A stretch of DNA of 64,000 nucleotides. Source: an uncultured Candidatus Saccharibacteria bacterium (GTDB taxonomy: Bacteria; Patescibacteriota; Doudnabacteria; UBA920; O2-02-FULL-48-8). The notes under the pieces were generated by a model that was not told the origin of the DNA, searched no databases, and saw only the letters and a list, made by a program, of their open reading frames with translations. Of this stretch, positions 55,807-64,000 are shown piece after piece; the stretch's first letter is position 1, and each line of letters opens with the position of its first letter. The DNA lies in assembly GCA_964605735.1 (NCBI GenBank), contig CAZSDS010000001.1, positions 134,771-198,770 of the forward strand, written 5' to 3'. A program made the translations under genes and the position numbers.

Positions 55807-56199
55807 CTACTTGATGCGCCGCAGGTTACGCTTGCGGACGCTTTTTTCGCGTGGCGGCGCCGGGCGCGTACGCTGGAAATTCCTCATCTCCACGTATGAG
55901 TTTGGCATTCGCTCAAGCATCTTGTTTACCTTGCGCTTGATGAGGAGCCTGGCGCTGTTTTCGCAGTAGGCCAGGGTGTAAACAAACGCCCCTTGTCCTG
56001 CGCTGGGTTTGGATGGGATTTTTGGCGCTTCGGGACAGAAGGCCCTGTACTCCCAACGCTCCGCCGGTGTCTGCTGCAACGACTGTTGTTTTGGTAGCAA
56101 AAGGTCCTCCTTGACCCTGAAATTCAAAGCAGTATATCTTATTTTGGCATACTTGTCAATGCTCCCGCAAGCAAATTGAAACTCATAAGGGAAATCCAT
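55807..56199 (-). CDS. hypothetical protein
   Basis: 130-aa ORF with a basic C-terminus; no motif. Confidence 0.35.
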   Translation of the reverse strand: MDFPYEFQFACGSIDKYAKIRYTALNFRVKEDLLLPKQQSLQQTPAERWEYRAFCPEAPKIPSKPSAGQGAFVYTLAYCENSARLLIKRKVNKMLERMPNSYVEMRNFQRTRPAPPREKSVRKRNLRRIK

Positions 56200-56230
56200 A
56201 TAATAGAGAAAATCATTAAGTCAAAATACT

Positions 56231-56650
56231 ATGGACTTTGACATTAATTTTTGGGCGGTATTGGTTGCGGGATTGGCCAGCATGGTTACGGGTTTTATCT
56301 GGTACGGCCCGGTTTTCGGGAAAATTTGGGGAAGGGAAATGGGTTTTGATAAACTAACCCAAGACCAGACTGAAAACATGAGAAAAGAAGCCCAGCCTAA
56401 TTACATCCAGCAGCTGGTAGGCGCCATTTTGATGGCTTTTGTATTCGCTCATGTGCTTGAGTCTTTTGATTCCAATTCCATCGCGGATGCGTTGCAGGGG
56501 GCTTTCTGGGTTTGGCTTGGATTTATTGCACCGGTTAAGTACAGTGAGGTGCTCTGGAACAACAAATCATATAAATTGTTTTTCATTGATTCACTGTATT
56601 TCTTGCTGAATCTTGTGGTTTTTGGAATCATCTTCACCCTCTGGAGGTAG
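56231..56650 (+). CDS. DUF1761-family membrane protein
   Basis: N-terminus FWAVLVAGLASMVTGFIWYGPVFGKIW and a four-TM layout typical of DUF1761. Confidence 0.55.
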   Translation: MDFDINFWAVLVAGLASMVTGFIWYGPVFGKIWGREMGFDKLTQDQTENMRKEAQPNYIQQLVGAILMAFVFAHVLESFDSNSIADALQGAFWVWLGFIAPVKYSEVLWNNKSYKLFFIDSLYFLLNLVVFGIIFTLWR

Positions 56651-56698
56651 TTGTGCTCTAATACAGTGGATTAATTCAAGGTAAGCATTAGACTAAAC

Positions 56699-57196
56699 TT
56701 GAAATTAATTCATTTGTTTATGAATCAGTTCACAGCAAAGAAACTTGGAGAAGTGCTGGCTTTTGCCAACATTGGCTTGGAAATTATTGAGAAAGGCAAA
56801 GGCACCCTGACTCGCATCTTGGGTCAGAATTCCGTGGATGCGCTGGCTAAAATGACACAGGAACAGCAGGCAAACATTCAGGAGATTGCAGGGCAGAAAC
56901 AGGTCCTTGATGCTGTTCGGGCAAAATCACAAGGGACTGAAGAGAAACTCCGGCAGATGCAGGATTTGTATTTGCAAAATAAATGGGACGACGAGTCGGA
57001 ACTGCTGGAGTGGTTGGGATTTTTTGAAGGAGCGGCGCTGGTGCATTGGAAGCTTGTAGAAGGCGCAGCACAGCACTCGGATGACAATTACCTGGCCAGG
57101 GTGGTTAACAAGAGCCTGACCATGCATCAGGCGCTGTTGTTTAAGATTTCAGAAGCCATTAAAAGGATTGGGGGGCATAAAGCAATGGCAACGTAG
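56699..57196 (+). CDS. hypothetical protein
   Basis: 165-aa ORF; the start may be the internal Met (MNQFTAKK...). Confidence 0.4.
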   Translation: MKLIHLFMNQFTAKKLGEVLAFANIGLEIIEKGKGTLTRILGQNSVDALAKMTQEQQANIQEIAGQKQVLDAVRAKSQGTEEKLRQMQDLYLQNKWDDESELLEWLGFFEGAALVHWKLVEGAAQHSDDNYLARVVNKSLTMHQALLFKISEAIKRIGGHKAMAT

Positions 57197-57221
57197 AAAA
57201 CAATGACAACATAAAAAGATT

Positions 57222-58280
57222 ATGGTAAAGAAATTTATTCTTATTGTTATAGTTTTGGTTTTGGCTTATGCGGCCGGAGTTGGCATAAGCTATTTGATCA
57301 AGAATGATAACGATGGTTCAAAACAAACAAATTCTTCACCGGACCAGTCTGCTCAGGCTGGAGCTGATGATGAAGATCAGGAACAACTGCACCAGTACAC
57401 AATAGAAGCCTTGCGAAACCGCGAGTACGACGGCGGAGAGCTGGTTATTGAGCGCGGTTTGGGGGATCAAGGTTCGTTTAAAACGTATCTGGTGTCATAT
57501 ATGTCCGACGGATTTAAGCTATACGCATTGATGAATGTTCCTGATATGGCAAAGCCTGAAGGGGGTTTCCCTGTGATTATTCTTAACCACGGCTACATTG
57601 AACCGACCGTCTATAGCACCATTACTTCATACCGGTCGTATATGGACGCTTATTCCAGGCAAGGTTTTCTGGTTTTGAAACCTGATTATAGAGGGCATGA
57701 TGATTCAGAGGGCGAGCCAGTTAGTGCGCACATTTCTCCAGATTACACCGTTGACGTATTGAATCTTATAGACGCTGTGAAGACTTACCCGGATGCAAAC
57801 TCTGAAAAAATCGGCATGTGGGGGCACAGCATGGGCGGAGGGATAACCTTAAGGGCGCTTGCCGTCTCAAAGGACATTAAAGCGGCAGCATTGCTTGCCG
57901 GAGTGGTCGCATCACCAGAGCGGTTTTATTCATATTGGCAGATGTTGCAAGGCGATCCGCGGGTACCTTCATGGATCAAAGAAAACGCGCAAAGGACTTT
58001 GGATGAATTTGGCACACCGCAGCAGAATCCAGATCTCTGGCATGCCATTTCCCCTTATTCCTACATAAATGAGTTTAATACCCCTATTCAAATTCACCAC
58101 GGAACGGCAGATCCGGATGTTCCAATTGTTTTCTCTGAAGAATTGGAAATGGCTCTAAAAGAGGCGAATAAACCAGTGGAATATTTTGTGTACCAGGGCG
58201 GTGACCATAACTTGGCAGGTGCAGCGAGATCCCCGGTACTTTCGCGAACTTACCAATTCTATAATCAACACTTAAAATGA
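57222..58280 (+). CDS. membrane-anchored alpha/beta-hydrolase (S9 peptidase / dienelactone-hydrolase-like)
   Basis: GHSMGG nucleophile elbow; a C-terminal Asp/His pair (HHGTADPDVP); an N-terminal TM helix. Confidence 0.75.
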   Translation: MVKKFILIVIVLVLAYAAGVGISYLIKNDNDGSKQTNSSPDQSAQAGADDEDQEQLHQYTIEALRNREYDGGELVIERGLGDQGSFKTYLVSYMSDGFKLYALMNVPDMAKPEGGFPVIILNHGYIEPTVYSTITSYRSYMDAYSRQGFLVLKPDYRGHDDSEGEPVSAHISPDYTVDVLNLIDAVKTYPDANSEKIGMWGHSMGGGITLRALAVSKDIKAAALLAGVVASPERFYSYWQMLQGDPRVPSWIKENAQRTLDEFGTPQQNPDLWHAISPYSYINEFNTPIQIHHGTADPDVPIVFSEELEMALKEANKPVEYFVYQGGDHNLAGAARSPVLSRTYQFYNQHLK

Positions 58281-58376
58281 GACCCGCTTGCAATAGGGTC
58301 TTTTTTGATGAAATAGCTGAAATTAGAAGATCGGCAAAGGATTTGCTATATTGAATAAGTAATTAAACCTTGCCTG

Positions 58377-58979
58377 ATGGAAGACAAAGAACAAAATCTG
58401 GGGAATATAGTTGATTTTCTGTTTGAAATGGGCATTTTGGCGAAAACTCCTCGCAGCGGGTTCTATTTTTTGGGGAGTGGTAACCAGTCAGTGGCCGAGC
58501 ACATTAACAGGGTTTGCTATTTTGGTTTTACGCTTGGGCTTTTGACTCCAGGCGTTGATGCCGGAAAAATTCTGAAAATGTGTCTTCTGCATGATATCTC
58601 TGAAAGCAGAATTTCGGATTTGAATTACGTCCATCAACAGTATACGGAAAGGCACGAGCATAAGGCGGTGCAGGATTTAGCCAGCAAATTGCCGTTTGGT
58701 GATGAAATATTGTCATTGGTGAAAGAATATGAGGCCAGAGAAACTATGGAATCCAGACTGGCAAAGGATGCCGACCGGCTTGAATGGCTTATGGCGCTTA
58801 AGGAGCAATTTGACACTGGCAATGCACGCGCGGCTTCATGGCTACCTTCGGCCTTGAAGAGGATGGATACGGATATTGCAAAAGAGCTCGGCAAAAAAAT
58901 TATCGATACTCCGTCAGACAACTGGTGGTTTTCCAACAAAGAAGATGATTGGTGGATCACACGCGGAAAAAAGAAATAA
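58377..58979 (+). CDS. HD-domain hydrolase (YfbR-like 5'-deoxynucleotidase family)
   Basis: HINRV...LLHDISESRISD HD motif. Confidence 0.8.
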   Translation: MEDKEQNLGNIVDFLFEMGILAKTPRSGFYFLGSGNQSVAEHINRVCYFGFTLGLLTPGVDAGKILKMCLLHDISESRISDLNYVHQQYTERHEHKAVQDLASKLPFGDEILSLVKEYEARETMESRLAKDADRLEWLMALKEQFDTGNARAASWLPSALKRMDTDIAKELGKKIIDTPSDNWWFSNKEDDWWITRGKKK

Positions 58980-58997
58980 AAAATTAACCTGATTCTT

Positions 58998-59285
58998 TTG
59001 AAAAGAAAAGTTTACATTGCAGTTTTTACGCTATTCGGAGCATTGATGGGGTTTTTTCTGCATGCGGTTTTAGAAATACTTGTAATCAAGCTGATGTTGT
59101 CGGATTTCGAAAAATATAGCCTGGGGCTAAGCTGGAATTCGTGGATGATGATACATACAGTTGGCGTAGGGGCGTTGATTGTGGGTTTTTCTGTCTGGGG
59201 GAATATTATGGGCAAACGTTGCTGGAAATATCTTTATATCGACGGCAAATCTAGGTGGGGAAATAAATTAAAAAAGGATTTTTAA
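58998..59285 (+). CDS. small hypothetical membrane protein
   Basis: Two predicted TM helices. Confidence 0.35.
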   Translation: MKRKVYIAVFTLFGALMGFFLHAVLEILVIKLMLSDFEKYSLGLSWNSWMMIHTVGVGALIVGFSVWGNIMGKRCWKYLYIDGKSRWGNKLKKDF

Positions 59286-59286
59286 T

Positions 59287-59613
59287 ATGCCAGAAAAACT
59301 GACTGACAAAAAATGTGTTCCATGCGAGGGCGGAGTTCCGCCTTTCGACAAAAAGAAGATTTCTCAATATTTAAAACAACTGCCGAAGGGCTGGATGGTT
59401 GCAGATGACAAGGCGCTGAGAAAAGAGTTTAAGTTCAAATCTTTCCCGGATACGATAGCTTTTGTAAATAAAGTCGCTTTGATTGCGCAGGAGCAGGGGC
59501 ATCATCCGGATTTGGAAGTGCACTACAGCAGGGTACTCGTTGAATTCTCAACACATGCTATTGGCGGGCTCTCAGAAAACGATTTCATCATGGCTGCCAA
59601 AATAGAAAACTAA
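59287..59613 (+). CDS. pterin-4a-carbinolamine dehydratase (PCD/DCoH)
   Basis: EQGHHPDLEVHYSRVLVEFSTHAIGGLSENDF carries the PCD signature ([EH]-x-H-H-P...H). Confidence 0.85.
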   Translation: MPEKLTDKKCVPCEGGVPPFDKKKISQYLKQLPKGWMVADDKALRKEFKFKSFPDTIAFVNKVALIAQEQGHHPDLEVHYSRVLVEFSTHAIGGLSENDFIMAAKIEN

Positions 59614-59689
59614 CGTTGGCGAGCAGACCGATAGCTTTACAAAAACGTTATTTTGTGTTACACTATGCTCCTTATAGACGAGGAGGAAC

Positions 59690-59911
59690 ATGGCTATCAA
59701 AGATGGCGTGAAGAGCTTGAGCCTGAGTCGGCTTCGCGAGGTTCAGGCCACGCTCAAGAAGCAAGGTCGAAGAGAAGCCGCAGATTCGTTTTGCGAGCTG
59801 ATCAATCAACTTGAAGATCTCGGCAGGGGTTCGATCGCATATCACGATCTCTCAATGAAACAACAGGAATCCGTTGACTGGGTAGCCAGTTACGGCAATC
59901 GACAGGCGTAG
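59690..59911 (+). CDS. small hypothetical protein (GC-rich)
   Basis: GAGGAGGA lies 3 nt before the ATG; terminator cggtccac-ttttcttg-tggaccg plus T-run at 59923-59960. Confidence 0.4.
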   Translation: MAIKDGVKSLSLSRLREVQATLKKQGRREAADSFCELINQLEDLGRGSIAYHDLSMKQQESVDWVASYGNRQA

Positions 59912-60201
59912 CGCCTAACATTTCGGCGGTCCACTTTTCTTGTGGACCGTCTTTTTATTCCTCTTGACTAAGCCTGAGCAAACGTTTACAATGTCCCCAG
60001 TTAAATATTTATATGCACAAATACTCCCAAAAGCATAATATCGGACTTTTTGTATCCCGCATGAATTCGGGTGTTGTTTTGTTTGGGCAATTTTGGCATA
60101 TATGAACTTTCGATAAGCCGAAATAAAAAAGATTGCCCTGGCGAGACAGCACAGGGTTTTTTGTTGTCTCGGTAACAACAAGCCAATGACTAGGAGGAGT
60201 T

Positions 60202-60786
60202 ATGACTGAGAAAATCCCGTACATCCGCGCAGAGAAAACTATTCTCCGGCCAGTATCCGAAAATGATGTTTCCTTGTTTGTGCGCTGGTACAATGATCCA
60301 GAAACTCGTTCTTACTATGGGCACGCGTTCCCAGTTATGGAATATTCTGAGCGGGAGTGGATCAAGAAATGCGCTCTGAATCTGGAGAAGAGGACCGATT
60401 TTACTTTCGTGATAGAAACATTTGAGGGTGAGCCTATCGGCAATATGTCACTGCACAGAGTGGATTTTATGCACCGAAGCGCAACGACCGGGGCTTGCAT
60501 CGCCAATCCTAGTTACCGGAATTCCGGCTACGGGTCCACAACCAAAATGCACCTGCTCAGGTGGGCATTCCATGAATTAAATCTTAACAGAATTAATTCC
60601 AGCGTTTTATCCACCAATCCACGAAGTGTGAAATACAGTGAAAGGTGTGGTTATAGGGTGGAGGGTATAAGGAGGGAAGCACTTTACAAAGACGGCAAGT
60701 ATGTTGATGAGATAGTTTTGGGCTTGCTTCGTAAGGAGTGGGAGCCTCTTTGGGAGCAGTATCAGAAAACAGGTCGTTTGAAGTGA
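60202..60786 (+). CDS. GNAT-family N-acetyltransferase (RimJ/RimL-like)
   Basis: Acetyl-CoA-binding region YRNSGYGSTTKMHLLRWAF and an overall RimL-like layout. Confidence 0.85.
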   Translation: MTEKIPYIRAEKTILRPVSENDVSLFVRWYNDPETRSYYGHAFPVMEYSEREWIKKCALNLEKRTDFTFVIETFEGEPIGNMSLHRVDFMHRSATTGACIANPSYRNSGYGSTTKMHLLRWAFHELNLNRINSSVLSTNPRSVKYSERCGYRVEGIRREALYKDGKYVDEIVLGLLRKEWEPLWEQYQKTGRLK

Positions 60787-60867
60787 TCATTTAGACGATC
60801 CGCCTAGGTGGATCGTCTTTTTTCTTTTTGCTAGTATTAACGCAAGCTATTTGTCCAATTGATACAT

Positions 60868-61320
60868 ATGAAGAAACTTCTTAATCTTGTTTGTATAATG
60901 GAAGATGATCAGGTTTTGCTGGGAATGAAAAAACGCGGTTTTGGCGTTGGCTGGTGGAATGGTTTTGGCGGTAAGGTTAATGAGGGGGAGGGTATGGAGG
61001 ATTCGGCGATTAGGGAAGTGCAGGAAGAGGTTGGCATAACAGTGAACAAGTTGATTCCCCGAGGCATATTGAATTTTACGTTTGATGATGACGATAAAAC
61101 CCTGGAGGTACATTTGTTCGAAGTCCGTGACTTCTCTGGTGAGCCGGTTGAAAGCGAGGAGATGCTCCCTAAATGGTTCAAGTTTTCAGAACTGCCTTAT
61201 GAAAAAATGTGGGCTGATGACAAATATTGGGTTCCGTTGTTTCTGGCCGGTAAAAACATTAACGCAAATTTTCACTTTGATAAAAACAAGCAGGTAAAAA
61301 CATACAGCATTCAGGATTAA
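60868..61320 (+). CDS. NUDIX hydrolase (MutT-like)
   Basis: GGKVNEGEGMEDSAIREVQEEVGI is the Nudix box GX5EX7REUXEEXGU. Confidence 0.85.
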   Translation: MKKLLNLVCIMEDDQVLLGMKKRGFGVGWWNGFGGKVNEGEGMEDSAIREVQEEVGITVNKLIPRGILNFTFDDDDKTLEVHLFEVRDFSGEPVESEEMLPKWFKFSELPYEKMWADDKYWVPLFLAGKNINANFHFDKNKQVKTYSIQD

Positions 61321-61323
61321 ACA

Positions 61324-62571
61324 ATGACAAAAAACGTATTAAAAATTATTGGCGCGCTTGTTTTGTTCGGGTTGCTGCTTCTGTTTGCATTCAACTGGGA
61401 TATGTTGAGAGGCGCTCTGCCGGCAATAACAGGTCCGGATGAGAATATTGCCGATATAATCGAAGAAAACAATAATGCCAAACCTGGTGAGAATGCTACC
61501 AACTTCCCATTAAGGTTGCCAGATAACTTCAAAATAGAAATTTTGGCCAAGGATTTGCCGGGAGCTAGGGTTATGGTGTTTGACCCTGTAGGTGATTACT
61601 TGTACGTGAGCCAAACATCACAGGGTAAGATTACGCGTTTGAAAATGAATGGTCCGTCTGTGGTTGAGCAAGAAGGGGTTTTTGATAATTTACGAAGGCC
61701 ACACGGGATAGTTTTTGATACTGATCCGGTTATACAAGGTGTTGAAGCGTTCCAGAAGTTGTATATTGCAGAGGAGCACCAAATCACCACGTGGCTGGTT
61801 GATTCTACTTTGCCTAGGCAGAAAATTGCTGATCTTCCTACTCAGGGAGGTGGACATTTCACACGAACTGTTGAATTTGGTCCGGATGGACGCTTGTATG
61901 TTTCCATAGGTTCATCCTGCAATGTTTGTGATGAAAATGATCCAAGACGCGCCGCTATTTATGTCATGAACAAAGACGGCAGCGGTTTTCAGCAGTATGT
62001 AAAAGGCCTGCGCAATTCAGTTTTCTTCACCTGGAGCGACTTGGACGGCAGCATGTGGGCAACTGAAATGGGCAGGGATAATCTGGGGGACAATACCCCG
62101 CCCGACGAAATTAATGTAATCAAAGAAGGTTCTAATTACGGCTGGCCTATCTGCTACGGACAAAATATTCTCGACACGCAGTTCGACAAAAAAACTTACA
62201 TCCAAAATCCATGCAGTGAACAGGCTGGCACCACAGGCTCCAAAGTGGACCTGCAGGCGCACTCAGCGCCCTTAGGCTTGGATTTTGTGCCTGAGGAGGG
62301 GTGGCCAGAGGATTATTGGTATGACTTGATAGTGGCTTATCACGGCTCCTGGAACCGAACCACCCCCACCGGCTATAAATTAGTCAGAATAAAGCTTGAT
62401 GAAAACGGCAATTACCAGGGAATAGAAGACTTCATAACCGGATGGTTGACCGGCAATTCGGTATTGGGCCGGCCAGTGGATGTCATGATCCAGCCGGGCG
62501 GAGTTATGTACGTGTCTGATGACCATGCAGGCGTTATCTATAAAATTTCACTGACAGTCCCGCCAAGATAA
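61324..62571 (+). CDS. PQQ-dependent soluble sugar (aldose/sorbosone) dehydrogenase-like beta-propeller protein
   Basis: N-terminal TM/signal sequence; GSDH-family segments (GRLYVSIGSSCNVCDE, MWATEMGRDNLGDNTPPDEIN, GSNYGWPICYG). Confidence 0.75.
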   Translation: MTKNVLKIIGALVLFGLLLLFAFNWDMLRGALPAITGPDENIADIIEENNNAKPGENATNFPLRLPDNFKIEILAKDLPGARVMVFDPVGDYLYVSQTSQGKITRLKMNGPSVVEQEGVFDNLRRPHGIVFDTDPVIQGVEAFQKLYIAEEHQITTWLVDSTLPRQKIADLPTQGGGHFTRTVEFGPDGRLYVSIGSSCNVCDENDPRRAAIYVMNKDGSGFQQYVKGLRNSVFFTWSDLDGSMWATEMGRDNLGDNTPPDEINVIKEGSNYGWPICYGQNILDTQFDKKTYIQNPCSEQAGTTGSKVDLQAHSAPLGLDFVPEEGWPEDYWYDLIVAYHGSWNRTTPTGYKLVRIKLDENGNYQGIEDFITGWLTGNSVLGRPVDVMIQPGGVMYVSDDHAGVIYKISLTVPPR

Positions 62572-62596
62572 CAAAAAAAGCCCGAGAGGGCTTTTT

Positions 62597-64000
62597 TTAT
62601 CGGGCAATATGTATCAACACTTCCTTTTGGGCGATAATTTGGCCGTTTGAATTTTTAGCGACAAAGTTTATTCTGTAAGGACCAGTGCCATTCCATGTCC
62701 AGCCACTGACATCAACCCAGGCGCGTTTATGCGGAGCACCGCTTGAAGAATCATTGAACATTGGATTTAAAGTGTCCCCGTCAACTTGCCAGAACATCGT
62801 GTAACTGTCCAGTCCCGCGTTTTGTAAAATTGACTGGAAAGGTTGGACGCCTGAAACATATGTTCCGTTGGTTGGCCACCAAATTTCAATCTGTCCGGAG
62901 CTTGGCGGCGGATCAGGGTTCGGGGGCGGGGTGGTGGAAGACCTTTTTGTCCATGACACTTTAGCCACGGCGCCGCCACCGTTCTCATAGTACTGGACTT
63001 TCACCAGTTTTGATCCGGCTGTTGTAGCTTTTGCGATGTTGTATGTTGTTGGAGGCTGGTCCACCCACTTGTCCAAAATCAATTCGTTTCCAAGCCACAC
63101 GCGGATTCCGTCATCAGACGTTACTGTAAAATCATAGGTAGCCGAGTCAAAATTGAAATTTCCCTGCCACTGAACACTGAAAGTTTCTGGATCAATGCTT
63201 GGGTCCGGAGAACCGGTACCCCAGTCGAAGTTAATATTGCTGTCAGATCTGGTTATTTTCAGGTCAGTCAGGTCCGGGTTGTTGTAGTAACAGCCTGCGA
63301 AAGCGTTTGTGCCTACATTAGTGCATGCCGGAGGAGGATTTGGGTTTGGGTTGGCTTGGCCAACCGAGAAATTCGCTTGTTCTTTCCAGAGGTGGTTCGG
63401 CGACCAGCCTGGGCCGAATATGCCGATAAAAATTTTGTATGCTCCTGGAGAATTTGGAGTGAACTGTTCAGAGTAGTTTCTGGTTTGGTTTTGGCTGAAA
63501 TTTTGGCCTTCATAAAACTTTTGAAAGACTTTTGCGTTGGATGAATTGTAAATTTCCAGATCAACAATCAAGTTGTTTGTTGAATTTCCAGTATTGGTTA
63601 CGCCAGCGTTGATTGTAACTGGTGAGTTGACAGCAGGGGATGATGGGGAAACTGAAGCTGTCGTGTTCAGGGTTGGCGTGCCGGTTGGAGGTGGGGTTGT
63701 CCCTCCACCTCCCCCTGAGAACCAGTTGGTCATGACTTGTTCAGCTGGTTTGTTTTGAGGAGTAAACCCTATATGTCCGTTTCCACCCGCATTTGGATCA
63801 GTTTCCCAATCCCAGAAACTGACACCAACCATGTAGCTTCTGTTGTTCCAGTACTGGAACAACGCTTCATAGGCATTGGCTTGAGTTTGGCCATTATACT
63901 CGCCGCCTGAATTCCATTCCCAGGGTTGGGTATGGGAACCCGTATAGCTTCTGTATCCAACCTCGCTGAACAGAATTGGTTTGTTCCAGGTTTGGTTCAA
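62597..64000 (-). CDS. large secreted protein, 3' portion only (N-terminus beyond the window end): glycoside-hydrolase-like region, beta-sandwich repeats and a PA14 domain
   Basis: KPILFSEVGY, a glycoside-hydrolase-like nucleophile region; G/T/P-rich linkers; the C-terminal segment GIRVWLGNELILDKWVD...KLVKVQYYENGGGAVAKVSWT matches PA14; a terminator at 62573-62596. Confidence 0.65.
   Translation of the reverse strand: MNQTWNKPILFSEVGYRSYTGSHTQPWEWNSGGEYNGQTQANAYEALFQYWNNRSYMVGVSFWDWETDPNAGGNGHIGFTPQNKPAEQVMTNWFSGGGGGTTPPPTGTPTLNTTASVSPSSPAVNSPVTINAGVTNTGNSTNNLIVDLEIYNSSNAKVFQKFYEGQNFSQNQTRNYSEQFTPNSPGAYKIFIGIFGPGWSPNHLWKEQANFSVGQANPNPNPPPACTNVGTNAFAGCYYNNPDLTDLKITRSDSNINFDWGTGSPDPSIDPETFSVQWQGNFNFDSATYDFTVTSDDGIRVWLGNELILDKWVDQPPTTYNIAKATTAGSKLVKVQYYENGGGAVAKVSWTKRSSTTPPPNPDPPPSSGQIEIWWPTNGTYVSGVQPFQSILQNAGLDSYTMFWQVDGDTLNPMFNDSSSGAPHKRAWVDVSGWTWNGTGPYRINFVAKNSNGQIIAQKEVLIHIAR

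Noticed and set aside
1-64000. CRISPR arrays, rRNA genes, integrases/transposases
   Set aside because: No direct-repeat/spacer periodicity, no rRNA-like conserved blocks, and no recombinase or transposase motifs were seen in any frame. The HTH-like fragments at 32189-32749 are too decayed to call.

Overview
This 64 kb window looks like a small, low-GC (about 42-45%) bacterial genome, most consistent with a Patescibacteria/CPR-like organism. It has compact ribosomal-protein and translocase operons, several glycosyltransferases, and many small hypothetical genes. The backbone genes supported by the sequence are: an alaS 3' fragment; a cupin-type glucose-6-phosphate isomerase; the infA-rpmJ-rpsM-rpsK-rpsD-rpoA-rplQ-rplM-rpsI operon; typA; RNase P RNA (rnpB); an RRM RNA-binding protein; a polysaccharide/cell-wall block (polyprenyl-phosphate sugar transferase, two GT4 glycosyltransferases, murG, a patatin-like lipase, murC); hpf; secA; secD/secF; mnmA; ppa; ybaB; tRNA-Gln(CUG); and a string of accessory enzymes (uracil-DNA glycosylase family 4, DedA, PadR plus a PspC/LiaF-like protein, an AlkD-like protein, a metzincin protease, a cytidylyltransferase, an HD hydrolase, pterin-4a-carbinolamine dehydratase, GNAT, NUDIX, a PQQ-type sugar dehydrogenase, and a partial glycoside hydrolase/PA14 protein). 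The points most worth a second look are: (1) a roughly 1 kb, about 62% GC non-coding island just downstream of hpf that holds two complete sigma70-type promoter/intrinsic-terminator units and no ORF of 60 aa or more (one tiny Shine-Dalgarno-led ORF), so candidate structured ncRNAs or small-protein genes; (2) a second GC-rich structured intergenic block upstream of infA, with a 24-nt perfect palindrome and a 17-nt tandem repeat; (3) an AT-rich, apparently acquired three-gene module (PIF1-family helicase, a small DUF3892-like protein, a PolB-exo-like 3'-5' exonuclease) directly abutting secA and followed by an EVE-domain protein; (4) a VirD4/TrwB-type coupling ATPase that lacks its own transmembrane anchor, preceded by a membrane protein and a sigma-70 region-4 HTH protein; (5) two conserved genes (infA and a DUF488 gene) that lack any ATG/GTG/TTG start codon; (6) a tRNA-Gln whose 3' end is duplicated about 130 bp downstream, an integration-site scar; (7) several small GC-rich gene islets with strong GGAGG Shine-Dalgarno sites. 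No CRISPR array, rRNA, integrase or transposase was found.
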